Positions 1-12,363 of a stretch of DNA of 43,090 nt are shown piece after piece. The notes under the pieces were generated by a model. It did not search any database. It was given only the letters and a program-made list of their open reading frames with translations, and was not told the origin of the DNA. A program made the translations under genes and the position numbers. The stretch is taken from assembly GCA_003990765.1 (NCBI GenBank), contig RBNJ01000081.1:1-43090 (forward strand), in the 5' to 3' direction. Every line of letters starts with the position of its first letter. The first letter of the stretch is position 1. The stretch is from Jimgerdemannia flammicorona. Lineage: Eukaryota.

Positions 1-262
1 GTCTTGAGTTGATAAGTGCAGTTCATGAACCTTTTGGTAGATGAGATAGGGTTCTTCTTGTCTCGAATTGAGTTTGGTACTTTTGGTTTCCTTTTGTAAT
101 AGTACAGTAAACCAAACTAGTTATAGCAGTTCAGAGTCAGTCTTATAGTTGTAGTACTTCTTCTAGTATTCTTGTATCTTGGCGGTAGGTTCTCGTGCTT
201 GCTGGCGTATTTCGTGTAACCAGATGATCTCTTGTTTTGTAGTCTCGCATGTGGTTTCCAAA
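1..262 (-). pseudogene. Decayed fragment resembling the C-terminal (GPY/F-region) part of a Ty3/Gypsy integrase
   Basis: Manual minus-strand translation gives IRQQAREPTAKIQEY*KKYYNYK...VLLQKETKSTKLNSRQEEPYLIYQK. This resembles the 'QxxQKxxYD...VLL...KLxxxWxGPY' integrase tail; it contains stops. Confidence 0.4.
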
Positions 263-272
263 TTAGTTCTGA

Positions 273-637
273 GGATGCCATGCGATTTTGGTGGCTTGGA
301 GGTTGTGTGCTTACAGGTGGAGTGGTGGAAGGGGTTGCTCTTGGAAGTAGTGCAAGGGTGGTGGTATCAGGGGAAGAGGCACCAGTTGAGTGCCATGAGG
401 AAGGTGTTGGACATTGTCCAGAGGAGTCAGGGGCACCTTGTACTTGGAGAGAAAGGGGTGAGGTGGAAAGAAGGTATAGGCTGAAGGGCTCCTCCTTGTA
501 TTATTATTAAATAGTGGAGGAATGGGTTCATTGTTGTTTTAGGGTAATCGACAGGAAACATAGATAGTGTAATTCTATAGACTAGTGGAATAAAGGAGTC
601 CAAGTGACTATAAAAAAAAAAAAAAAAAAAAAAAAAA
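273..637 (+). mobile_element. 5'-truncated L1/Tx1-type LINE 3' end with poly(A) tail
   Basis: The ORF ends ...KEGIG* (stop 482-484), like ...RGIG* of the LINE at 43020. The 3' UTR shares GGAATGGGTTCAYTGT (519-534 vs 43021-43036) and AATAAA..GAGTCYAAGTRAYTATA. A26 tail at 612-637. The 5' boundary is approximate. Confidence 0.75.
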
Positions 638-843
638 TCTGAAAATCACCTACTCAATCATGAAGCTAAGTCAAACCAAAGTTACAGCATATAAAGCTGA
701 GTCAATATGAAGTCATGGAACATAAGATTTATATAAACAGAATCTTACTAAGTAGGACCAAATATATATATACTAAGCACTGAGATACATCAAAACAAAG
801 AACTAAAATAAACAACAATCACAACTTCTAAACATATATGAAC

Positions 844-1941
844 ATGACCACTGAGATCTACAACTGCATCCATGCTGACATTTGGAATACTATTGTCAAC
901 CGAGCCACATCCCCTCTGCCCCTCATGAATATCCATAGCCTAGCACCTCTCTACTTTATAGAAGCCCAATAGAATACCCTGAACATACTTAACAAGGCCC
1001 ACCAAATCAGATAAATCTCAAGCTACTATCAGATTGGCCACCTCCTAGAAGACATAGTCAAATACTACTATAATACAGACATTACTCAGATGTCTCAACA
1101 CTAGAAACTTATCACCCACAAACACTGAGAACTCTTTTATGAGTACAGCACCTTTATTCTCCACCTCTGAGTTACTACCAGTAAAATGGTTGCTACTCTA
1201 TCCTATGACCAAATTGATGATATGATACAAGAACTCAACCACAAGTACCTCAAATATATCCAGACTATAGATAGAACCTTTCTGTACCCTGATGACCATA
1301 TCCTGCAAATGCCTCAAGTCAGATATGCTATGAAGGATGTCTATAATATAATCTGATTTGACAAAGATGAAGCAGAAGACAATGATCCCTCTGATACTGA
1401 TATGACCTCAAGCCAAGGATCCCTACCAACTCTGATCACTCCACCAACCTTGCCAATGAACTTACAACAGTTTATAACTACATATGAGACTTATTGGAAC
1501 AATGACCACTAGTATGAATACCAAACCGCATTTACCTCTGATTACTTCAACTACAATGAAGAGACCAGAGAACACAATCTGTATCTCCAGACAACTCTTG
1601 AGATTGAACCAACCACTCCACCACCTGAGTATAAGCAATATGAACTACAGCTACCAGCTTACTATAACCCTATAACTCATAGTGCTATAACCTATAGAAG
1701 GTATGTAGACAGTGAATTCAATGAAAGTGAAGATGATGCACCACTCCTTTGCCCACCAATATCTTATCCAGTATATGAGATAGATGATACAATTCTGTGA
1801 GACAGTGACAAAGTCTCAATATATTACTACCTCAGTGAACAAGAAGAAGTAATCTATGAACTACTCTTCCTAGATGACTACTTCATCAGAGATGATGTCA
1901 TTAATGGTAATGTTATCGAAGACTACCCAGACAGCATATAA
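844..1941 (+). pseudogene. Decayed ~365-codon ORF of unknown family, probably an accessory ORF of an LTR retrotransposon
   Basis: One frame runs from ATG 844 to TAA 1941, interrupted only by TAG/TGA/TAA codons that revert by single transitions. Acidic C-terminal half; CpG-depleted context. Confidence 0.5.
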
Positions 1942-2084
1942 ACCTATAAATAGCTTAGCAGTCATAGTATAGTTAGATTAGCCTTGTATGATGTAACTGT
2001 GAACTAACTTAGCAGTCAGATGATCTCTTGATATATTAGATCACTCTTATACTATGTGACTGCATTCCAACTTAGCAAGGCACT

Positions 2085-2651
2085 TAGTATGGTGCCCCAC
2101 GCCTATAGTTATTTTTTCTTTTAAAAACTTTATTCCTGGATAATTGATATAATAATAAAAAAAGAAAAATCATAATATAATAGTAAACTTTCTTGAATTT
2201 ACTTCTATAGAGAGTTTTTTATAATTATTCTCTTATATATATATTAAAATGATCAAGTATAATGTCTCATACCTATTTTTTAAAAACTTTATTCCTGGAT
2301 AATTAATATAATAATAATAAAAGAAAAATCATAATCTAATAATAAACTTTCTTAAATTTATTTATATAGAGAGATTTTTTTATTATTCTCTCTTATATTT
2401 GTAATAATTAATTTTTTTATAAAAATATTACTCAAATTTACTAAATTTGTAGCTTAAATTGTATTATATAACTATAATTTCCATACCTATACTCAACTAT
2501 TTTAATATATGAGAGAGAATAATAATAAAAAACTCTCTATAGAAGTAAATTTAAGAAAGTTTGCTATTAGATTATAATTTTTATTTTATTATTATTATAT
2601 TAATTATCCAGAAATAAGAAAAAATGACTATAGGCGTGATGCACTATACTA
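2085..2651. mobile_element. Non-autonomous DNA transposon (MITE/foldback) with ~170-bp imperfect TIRs
   Basis: Left end TAGTATGGTGCCCCACGCCTATAGTTATTTTTTCTT matches the reverse complement of the right end TAGTATAGTGCATCACGCCTATAGTCATTTTTTCTT. The inverted match extends ~170 bp. An internal direct copy of the subterminal block lies at ~2279-2398. Confidence 0.8.
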
Positions 2652-4700
2652 CATCCATATTCAGTATAGTCCAGATAGCCCCTCATTAGTATAAATACCT
2701 CCTCTCCCAGACCTCAGAATCTCTTTTTAATAGACTCATAGTCCTGTAGATTTTTATTAAAAGAGAACCTAGACTATATAGGCCAAAACTCTTCCCTACT
2801 ACCTACTGAACAATATCCCCCCATTAACCTAGGCTATTAAATCATCCAGCAGTCCCACTACTCTAGCTATGCCTATCAAACACTGGCTATATCAACCCCC
2901 ATAATATAGACTAGACTTGTCTACTCACCAGAGCTAGATCATTATTTACATGTAAGAGTACACCTATGTATTAGATCTAGCAGTGCCAGGACTGAATAAA
3001 AAATAGCTCCCTGAACCCCAAAAGAAAGCCCAAGGCAAAGAAAAAACCCCTCAACCAACCAACAGAGAGCAAAGTAGATTCAAAGCAGGTGAGTAAAGGA
3101 CTTATATATAGCACCTTCTTCAAAGAACTTACATATGGACTAGGGCCTAAAGAGACCTCACTCCCACTCCCTGAGCCTGTAGGCCTTAATCATATTGCTG
3201 TATCAGCTCCTGGTTCCAGTCAGATACTACCAAATGAGGAAGACCCTACTCCCCAAGTCTGTGGGTCTTGATCATATTGCCACATCAGCTCCTGGTTCCA
3301 GTTGAGTATAGCTAGGATGCCGGCCTCTGTACCACCCCACCCTCCATCAGCCAATCAAAAGGCCCTATTGAAATATTGCCTGCCCCAGCCCTGATGACTA
3401 CCCCCAGTCTAGCACTCCACTGGTTCACTGTAATTGCCCTTCCTTCTATCTATGACAGCCATCTCTCCTTTCATCCCAATATCACCTGAAAAACAGTCAC
3501 CTATACTAGAACCATGCTTGCTGGGAAGCTCGCCAAAACCAGAGGACTCCACCACAGACACTGAGAACCTATAGGTAACCTATACTGAGCACTTGATACC
3601 CAAGGTCGGCCAACTCTCTATATAGTCTGAGATATACTGAGACAGCATCTTGTTGGTGATAGCAAAAGGAAGAATGTGCTACACCAAAATGAATATACTT
3701 CAGATATAGCTGAAGATATCAGAAACTGTGAAAAAGTAGAGAAGATACTGATCTGACACTGATAAAGGAGCAACTCATCACCATTGCCCTCCTCCCACTA
3801 TACCCATACAGACACAGCAAACCAACCTGAGGTAGAGGGGGTAATAATAGGAGAAAGGGAACTTGGAAGATTGCCTACCAAATCTTGTAACCAGTAAGGT
3901 AGTAGAGAAAGGAGCTACCAGACCTCAGAATCTCAGACTTGAACAATCTGAACACAACTCCTAAGCACTTCCCCACAATATTCCTTCATACAACTACTTC
4001 TAGTATAGTAATATCATGAATAGCAAATAAACCTATTTAATAACCTACAAACCACTCTTAAGTAAATCTACTCTCTGTTAGGTCCTACTCCTAACTCTAT
4101 TACGAAATTTCCTAATTGGATATTGTCTGCAGTGATACACCAATTCAACTAAGCTGGTCTTAGTTTCTTGAACTTCCTGAAATATGGAAAATTCCAAACA
4201 TTCAGAACTAGTCCAAAAAAGGACTTTGGTTGAGACATTAACCCAATCTTGAAATCAATAAGTATAGAGGACATACTCCATATAAAATTGATCTTGACCA
4301 TAAGAAAACAGTCTTCCAGAATATCCAGAACTTCCAGAAAACTCTTTCAGAACTATGTAATGGTTACTCTAAAAAGCAATCCTCTTATAGTTGTTTTAGT
4401 AAAAATAATATTCAATATATTATCTAACTGCTTCTTTCTCTTAACAATCTCATTTCACATACCAGCCAAGTACTAGCTCAACAATAAGGTAAGTTTCATC
4501 ACATATAATCATATATATCAGAGAATAAAGAATCTGATCAATAAGTATTACAAGAAAGTAGTACTATGACTTTTAATAATATTTGATATAATCATCATTC
4601 CATAGTTCAATTTGTATTTAATGGCTAGAAAGAAAGATAAAAAAAGAAGACTCAATAAGCACACAGTGCACAAGATATTGACATAAAGCCACAGTAATTA
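2652..4700. repeat. Degenerate CpG-depleted, probably TE-derived sequence (unclassified)
   Basis: CpG is almost absent and there are no credible ORFs. A ~32-bp direct repeat occurs at 3189-3220 and 3271-3302. Confidence 0.4.
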
Positions 4701-4705
4701 TGATA

Positions 4706-4709
<4 letters not shown>

Positions 4710-4776
<67 letters not shown>
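4710..4776. repeat. Poly(T) tract (67 nt)
   Basis: Direct read. On the minus strand it is AATAAATTC followed by A67. Confidence 0.9.
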
Positions 4777-4777
<1 letters not shown>

Positions 4778-5186
4778 AATTTATTATCATTTTCTTATTC
4801 TTTTTCTTTTGTGAAACTCTGCAATGACAGAACACCTACACAGTATAAACTCAGTAATTATTTTTTATTAGGGCATTTTCTTAATCAATTACTCAACAAA
4901 GCTAAGAAGCTAAAAAAGATAGTCATTCTGAGGTGTATACATCAAAGACATGTAGTGCATGTAGGTGGTCAAAAGATTTTTCGGTACTAAAATTGTAAAT
5001 AGGTAGTAGATAAAGATGTAAATGACGCTTGAGGGATCTTTCTGAGAGGACTTCTGTTTCTCGAAGGGAAGGCTTTGCTTGATGGAGCTGCCCAAGTTGC
5101 GAAACTTGTGTACGGGGTGAATTTCACGTGCCTGACTAGTGTTGACTAGCCATGGTTAGTGATGCTCGCTTAGACCCATCCGTGTC

Positions 5187-7872
5187 TCATAACGACTTAG
5201 ATTCGAAATTCTGGTTCCACTTGAGAAGCTCGTTGATGTCCCGCGCCCAATCCACGCCCTCGTCCACCCGATTCACGCATGGCATTGGATACCACGACAT
5301 TCGCACCTACCCCCGGTTCCAATGCAAGGTTTGTCAGCCACACCCGCGACTAGTAACAACACAAAATTAGCAAAGCTACAGCAAATTTACCTGCAAATAT
5401 TCGCCTTTGTTCAGCATGTACACCTCTCGTCCGTCCATGCAAACTTCGATCTGGCTCCTACTCGTCTCGCCAATCTGTTTTTAAAAAAAGGTACACATTG
5501 AATCTAGGGCTTTCGCGTACCGCCCCATCACTTTCTCACACTGCATACCCGCAGCTGTATGCTCGCGCTCGTTGGCAACAACACCGTTCTAAATGACAAC
5601 GACCGCGGGCAAATCGGTGTCATAACCAGGCTTTGAACCGAGGGATGGACGATCGGTCCACCTGCATCAAGTGCCAAAACGTGTCGATCATAATGTGGAG
5701 AACGAGCCGGAAACGACGAGGGAAACTTTCATTCCGTAACATCCCTAACTAGCTTTACCTGCTGATAACGAGTATGCTGTTGAACCCGTTGGGGTAGCGA
5801 CTATTAGACTACAAAGGAAGTTTGAGAAAATGTCTCGAATTTATAGGACAAGAAGACCCCAGCAAGATTGGAAGGGAAGTGAATGATAAAAATAGTACAA
5901 TTACCCGTCGGCCTGTGCACCATTTGTCGCCATTAAAAAGAGATACCAAACCACCTTAGTTCTTCGTAATCTGTTGACCTATTCAAAATATATTCGTCTT
6001 GAAATACCTCAAGCATGTGCTACAAACCACGGCATCCGTTAAATACTGTCCATCGACGAAACAATCAATCGCGGTTAGATGCGGTGACCTGCCCCTATGT
6101 AGCGTAACCTCGTTCATAATATTGTAATCATCTATACAAAATTAGCGAGCTCAGCAAGAGGAAGGATGAGCGGCATATATCAAGATCTCCGTACAGTACT
6201 TACCGACCTCCATACCGTCCCGTACAATCTTCGTTCCATCCGGTGTACGCAACGAGCAGTTGAGTCGCATCCGGAGCAAGAGCGAGACGCCACCGTGGAT
6301 CAAGTCCTGCAGGGCATGAGCATAGTGTTGTATATCTTTGTCGAGAATAAACATTACATGGACGGTCGTCAAGGATCAATGCGCGATCAACCCAATGCCA
6401 TGTATTCATATTACATATAATCGTACCCTGTCCATTGTTTCTTCACCCAGAATAAAAAGGATACGAAAAGGCATCAAAAATCCCAGTGTTCCCAACGAGA
6501 ATGATATCACCGGCGGGGCAGCCTTCGGAAAGAGCGAAGATACATGAAGTATGGTGCCATCGCCACCGAGTGTGACGGCAAAATCAATAATACGCATGTA
6601 TTCCGATTTGTGGTCTGTAAGGAGGTGAAACAAGCAGTTGGCTCAGAATTTTATATTAACGCCATGCTGATCTGCTTTGAACAATGGAATACGCACTTTC
6701 TGGTATGACATAGACAAACGGTAATTTCTCTTTGAATTGCTCTGCCACTTCTGGCTCGACAATGATGTTGAGATGTGGGTAGTTTTCATGAAGCCAGCTA
6801 GGATGTCATGAAATAATTCGAAATAAAATTGTGAATTTATCAGCGGAATTGGTTCATATACCATTGCGGTGACAATGTCGCGAGAGTTACGTATACTTCG
6901 TTCATAAACCGAAGCTGTCGCTGATTCGCGTTTCCTTTCAGCCCTGCGCAAGCTGGGAATGCACGCCCAAGATACCCCCATCTCTCTGTATCCCTCACCT
7001 TTCACAACTCGCTGACAATAGGCGACCGTTCATTAAACCCAATATACGTAACATTCATCTTTCCATATCCATTTTCCCGCTGCTTAGCTTATCCCGTTAT
7101 TCTCTGGCCACGCCAAAAACTCAACTTACTTTGCTACCTCTACTAGTGCTGCCTCTGTCTTAGCGTCATCGGGTTTCTTTACAATAAGGACGGAGCGTGG
7201 GGGTGCAGCCCACTTTAAGGTGTACGTTCCTCTGCAAAGTTGAACAAAGAATATCGGCAGTCATATAGGTGATATGGCATGAGATCGTCTATGATTCGAG
7301 GTAGAATTCATTGAGAAAGGGTAAAAAGAAGACCATGACTTCCCAACAAAACCTCGGGTGCTCGCAATTACACCTACCCGTATGTGCTTCCGACCTTCTG
7401 TTTGATGTCACTCGAGTGCGAAGACACAGCCAACGCTTTCGTAGCTGGGGGGTCAGGATCGGAGCGATCTACAAATCGAAAAGTCTTGTATTTAGAATTT
7501 TGAATATTTTCTTCGGGATTCGGGTATTTAGCGAGTGACATAAAAGAACACGCTATATTCTTCAATTTGCGGGAGCTATTCATAGTAGATGAAATAAATA
7601 GCGGCAAAAAAAAAAAAAAAAAAAAAAAAAACAGACGCACCTTCCCCTCGTCCCGACAACGCAATCTCTACTTTCTCTGGAAGCTGTGTGGTCTTCCTGA
7701 GTAGGCCGGTGTTGTAAAATCGGCACGGTTGCCATGTTATTCGCCGCATCATGGGTGCGTCATGTTTATGCTGCAAGGCGAGAATTGAGAAAACGGTGGA
7801 GGTCCTGGAGGTAGATATAAAGGGTGATAGATTTCGGACGAAGACGATGCGCGCGACGATGGGTCTCGACAT
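5187..7872 (-). CDS. POS5: NAD(H) kinase, mitochondrial POS5-like; multi-exon
   Basis: Spliced exons encode [60 protein letters not shown] and ...DINELLKWNQNF. The Arg/Ser-rich N-terminus from ATG 7872 resembles a mitochondrial presequence. Confidence 0.85.
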
Positions 7873-7921
7873 TGCGGGCTTGCAAGGGGAGAGTGGCTTT
7901 CGGGGGTGAATCATCGAGACG

Positions 7922-7936
7922 GTGACGCGTCACGTG
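7922..7936. promoter_or_regulatory. Palindrome GTGACGCGTCAC overlapping an E-box TCACGTG in a bidirectional promoter
   Basis: Perfect 12-bp palindrome at 7922-7933 with CACGTG at 7931-7936, centred between divergent ATGs 7872 and 8002. Function is inferred. Confidence 0.45.
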
Positions 7937-8001
7937 GACAACTAACCATTTTTCGGAGTTGTCTAAAGCGTCGTGTCTGCCGTGCTCCTCTTCCGCTAGT
8001 G

Positions 8002-8919
8002 ATGTCCGCCCCCAAAGGTCAGAAGAAGAACATCACGAACCACACCCTCGCCGGTGCCGGCGCAGGAATTGTAGAGGTTCTTGTCATGCAACCCGCTGAC
8101 GTTCTCAAAACCCGCTTCCAATCCGTCCGCGTCGCCAATCACTACCGCGACGGAATCTTCAATGCCACTACGCGCATCCTCCGGTCCGAAGGTGTTATGG
8201 CCCTCTATCGCGGAACATGGCCCGTGATCTGGATTGTGATGCCGCGCGTCTCGCTGCAATATATGGGCCTCGCGACTTTCAAGCCCATCTTCGAACGCGT
8301 GGAGGGTACGTTGATTCCTCTGCGGAGCTCGGCCGCCTTGGCGGGGGCGTGCACGGGTATCGTCCAGGCCGTCACACTCGTCACCCCGCTCGAGATGATC
8401 AAGGTGCGCCAGCAGACCGATCTCATTAGCTCGGGCGCCGAGCGCAAGTATCACGGCATGCTGTCGACCATCCGCTCCGTTGTCTCCGAAGAAGGCGTCT
8501 TCGCCTTGTACAAGGGACTGGTCCCAACCGTCGTCCGGCAGTCTTGGGGACTGGTCGTGAAATTCACCGGCTATACCGAGATTAAAGGGTTGTTCGAGCG
8601 GACAGCCTCGGATCCCTCCGCTCCCTTGGCGCCGTGGAAGCACATGGCGAGCGGTGGACTCGCGAACGTCTTGGTCGGCGTGTTCAATAGCCCGCCGGAT
8701 GTGGTCAAGACGCGAATGCAGGATCGCGGTGCAAACTATCAAAGCTCTTGGGATTGCTGTCGTCGGATGCTGCGGAACGAAGGGCTCATGTCGTTCTTTA
8801 GGGGTGCATGGTTGCGCGTACTGCGCGTGGCGCCCGGCGGTGCGATCCAGTTTGCGGTATACGAGCAGTTTGCAGCAATGTTGGATAAACGGTCAGCGAA
8901 GTTGGAGGCCCGAGCGTAG
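8002..8919 (+). CDS. Mitochondrial carrier (SLC25), succinate/fumarate or tricarboxylate carrier-like; intronless
   Basis: Three Px[D/E]xxKxR signatures: PADVLKTRFQ, PLEMIKVRQQ, PPDVVKTRMQ. The 'RQ' in helix 4 and RVAPGGAIQFAVYE resemble SFC1. Single 305-aa ORF from ATG 8002. Confidence 0.88.
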   Translation: MSAPKGQKKNITNHTLAGAGAGIVEVLVMQPADVLKTRFQSVRVANHYRDGIFNATTRILRSEGVMALYRGTWPVIWIVMPRVSLQYMGLATFKPIFERVEGTLIPLRSSAALAGACTGIVQAVTLVTPLEMIKVRQQTDLISSGAERKYHGMLSTIRSVVSEEGVFALYKGLVPTVVRQSWGLVVKFTGYTEIKGLFERTASDPSAPLAPWKHMASGGLANVLVGVFNSPPDVVKTRMQDRGANYQSSWDCCRRMLRNEGLMSFFRGAWLRVLRVAPGGAIQFAVYEQFAAMLDKRSAKLEARA

Positions 8920-9249
8920 GGAGGGGTTATATTACTGCTTAGTTATGGAGAGGCATAATGTAAAAAAAAACATCATGGAAGTTACACATTGGATAATCGT
9001 GTATTCGGTCATTCAAGTAGTGATTGTAAATATCGCTGACACCAGCTACGATAATGCGATTATTTACAAATGCGTCATGCTTGGTATGTCATTACTTGCC
9101 ATCAAATTAGTACATCATCACACGCGATTTATGGGAGTGCATCTACGGCGTGTATAGTTTGATGATTACCTTCTATGATCTAATTATCCATGGAAAACTG
9201 CAATCACCCACATGTCTAATTGCTCGTACTTCTAACTGTATGACCTAGT

Positions 9250-10115
9250 TTACTTCGCCTTGAACTCCCCTTTCCCATAGACCTTTTCACATCTCCGTTC
9301 GAACGCCCGAATCATATCCTTGCTGATTTGATCGAAGAATAAATTCGCCACCTGAACATGAAGAGGCGACGCAAATTCGAATATGATCCCGAAATCAATA
9401 TAACAGGATGGAGGTTGCAGAGCGCGTGACGCGGTTAGCGACGTGAAGTGAGGGGTGGTAGGGGTAAAACGCCAGGTTGTGACGAGGGTACGGAAGAGGC
9501 TTGAATCGGTGGAGATGGCCTGAAGAATAGATTAGAGGGTGGACGAAGAATTCGTGAAAATGATTCCGCCGTTTGGTTATACAGATATTGGATAGGATTT
9601 GTACCCACCCGAACCCTCCATGGCCTGTTACAGGTCACCTCGGACACATACTGCTCGCTGAAGCCCTTGAACCCTACGCCCAGCTCGGCCTTCATAACCG
9701 TTACCACGGCGTGATTTTTATCCTTTCTCGGAACGGTTTTGGTGGAGAGGACGCGCGAATGTGTGCACCAGGGAACGAAGAGCTTGTATTGGTCAACGTC
9801 GGAGACAACGTCGTATAGTTGTTGTTGGGAGTAACTAGGAGATTAAAAAGACAAAGTATTTGGTAACCGATCTCGCCTACCTTTTCCGCATTACTTCGCA
9901 ACCCAAACAAACCAAGTCATGCCCGCTTACTTTAGCAACTTCCGCTCCGAGTACTCCTTTTTGGAGGAATCGGCAAACGGATTGGGAAGGCCCGTGGGGA
10001 GAGGTGGCAGACTGAAAAAGGAACGTGTGGTGGTGGCGAGGGGTATCAGGTAGGGGGGGCGCAAGGTCTGAAAGGGCTGGAATGGCGCGGTGAGCAGATG
10101 GATTCGTGGCAGCAT
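9250..10115 (-). CDS. COQ10: Coenzyme Q-binding START-domain protein; multi-exon
   Basis: Exons encode KEYSERKLL, YDVVSDVDQYKLFVPWC, AELGVGFKGFSEQYVSEVTC, LFRTLVTTWRF and FEFASPLH...AFERRCEKVYG. Presequence-like N-terminus from ATG 10115. Confidence 0.9.
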
Positions 10116-10250
10116 TCCGGAGAGAAGGGTATATTCCGAGTTCTGCCGTGGAGGTTGGATACTGAGCCACCGGTCGCACGGACGGCCGATGACATCACCA
10201 TTATATAGTGGCCCACATGAAAAAAAACCCGGGAATCTCTTTAGCAAGCC

Positions 10251-11819
10251 ATGACCCTCGCCACCTCGGCCTCCTTATCTCAATCCCAACCCCAGCAGAA
10301 CACCGTCGCCGTCACTCAACCAACAAACCTCCACCATATCAAGAGGGATACAAGGAACTGGAACTATGTCATTCGCTCCGGTCTTGCCGGAGGCATCGCC
10401 GGTTGCATGGTGCGTTTTGGAAGGAACCCCCTCCCCACTCCCCTCACGAGCGTTTGATCATAGCGGATCCATTTTTACGTAAAACCCTCTTTGATTACCT
10501 TCACAGGCGAAAAGTGTGATTGCTCCCTTGGACAGAGTCAAAATTTTGTTTCAGTCTAGCAATCCGGTTTTTGAGAAATATGCCGGTATGGCAATCCAAA
10601 AGGAATTGATCGGGCAAACTCGAGTAAAATGGATGGGGAAAGTGAAGAAGCTGAGATGTGTGTGACATCTTGCAACCTTCAGTATAACAATTACATCTTT
10701 TCACAATCCACAAGGAACTTGGTCCGGTGTGTTTCGGGCAGGTCGCGAAATTTACCACAACACTGGGGTAATCGGACTCTTCCAAGGCCATTCAGCGACA
10801 CTTCTTAGAATTTTTCCGTATGCGGCCATCAAATTCGTTGCATATGAACAATTTCGTACGGTATGCGTTTCTCGGGTTTGCAGAGAGAGAGAGTGTGTGT
10901 GTGAGAAGCTTTTTTTTTTTTTGGAAGGGGATGGGGAGGAGGAGACTGCACAGTTCGTCGCGGTATGTCGAGCATGTTATCGATACTCACTATAATATTT
11001 ATTGGTCCAACCGTATAGCTATTGATGCCAACACGGAGTCACGAAACGCCGTCGAAGCAATTTTGTGCTGGGTCATTAGCCGGTGAGTCTTTATACCTGT
11101 GCGCTTTGCATTCACGATGCTGTTACCCCTTCAAAAGATCTTACCATAAAGCATTGCTTCTTCATCCAGGCGTAACGTCAGTACTTTTCACATACCCTCT
11201 CGAAGTAATACGAGTGCGATTGGCGTACGAGGTGCGCATGAACGACCACCGACCTCGACCCAATTTCCACAACATGTTCTGGCAAATATACCACGAGGTG
11301 GCACCGGGCAAGACCTCAAAGTCTTACATGCCACTCCTCAACTTCTACCGTGGTTTCGGTCCCACGGTGGCAGGCATGATCCCTTACGCGGGCGTCTCAT
11401 TCTGGACACACCATGTGGCCAGAGAACTTTTCCGCGAGCACCCGCGACTTTCGAAATACACGCATGCCCGTCTTGATTTCGACCCAGAATCGCCCGATTT
11501 GACTCCTGCGCAGCATAAGAAGCTAGGGCGGATACCATTACGGACATGGGTCGAGGTAACGAGCGGCGGTATCGCCGGCGCGGTGGCTCAGACTGTGAGC
11601 TACCCATTCGAAGTCGCCCGGCGGCGGATGCAGGTCGCTGGTGTGAAGAGTCCGGGCGTGTTCGTTGGATTCTGGGAGACGGTGCGCATCATATGGCAGG
11701 CCAAGGGGATCAAAGGGTTCTTTGTAGGATTGAGTATCGGGTACCTCAAGGTTACGCCGATGGTGGCCGTGAGCTTTACGGTATATGAGAAGACGAAGGC
11801 TTTACTGGACATCGACTAA
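10251..11819 (+). CDS. LEU5: Mitochondrial coenzyme A carrier (LEU5/SLC25A16-like); multi-exon
   Basis: [74 protein letters not shown] and [15 protein letters not shown]. Confidence 0.9.
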
Positions 11820-12363
11820 GATGTATCGGCAAAGTCTGTCACTCACATTTTTAGACTATGATGGGTTCGGATTTGCTCACTAGACGTCACTACTGCTATT
11901 CTGTTGGCCCCTTCGCCCATTGTCTCTCTTTCGTAGCATAGCTGTAAAGATATTTGTGAAAGTATGATTTAAAAACCACAGCTAATGTTATTCTCTGTAT
12001 ATACGTTTCTACTGCTCCCTGTTGTAACATTGACCTTATTTTTTATACGTACAGTCCGGTAAGGTTTCCTCTCCAGGAGGCCGCCGCCGCCGCACCAACT
12101 TATGATGTTAAGAGACTGGAACATGTCAATTGTCTATGAAAATAACACTTTAGAAGACTACATAAGTGGGTCACAATGTGTACTGGACAAAGAGTTCAGC
12201 AGAGTACGGGTAACGGAGAATTTCGAGGCCGGTGGCTTGGTTAGAGTTAGAGACTGTGTTTCCTGGTGCTTTCCGTATTTTGCTCACAGGTATTCTCTCT
12301 GTATATGATGTTCCTGGTATTGCTAAGAGAGCTCCAATTAACTTCAACTATTCTCTTCCTCAA

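Noticed and set aside
7996-8742. 248-aa antisense ORF over the carrier gene
   Set aside because: Typical shadow ORF of a GC-rich CDS, with no recognisable motifs.
11083-11169. 87-nt in-frame, stop-free intron in LEU5
   Set aside because: Short enough to lack stops by chance, and retention would disrupt a transmembrane helix.
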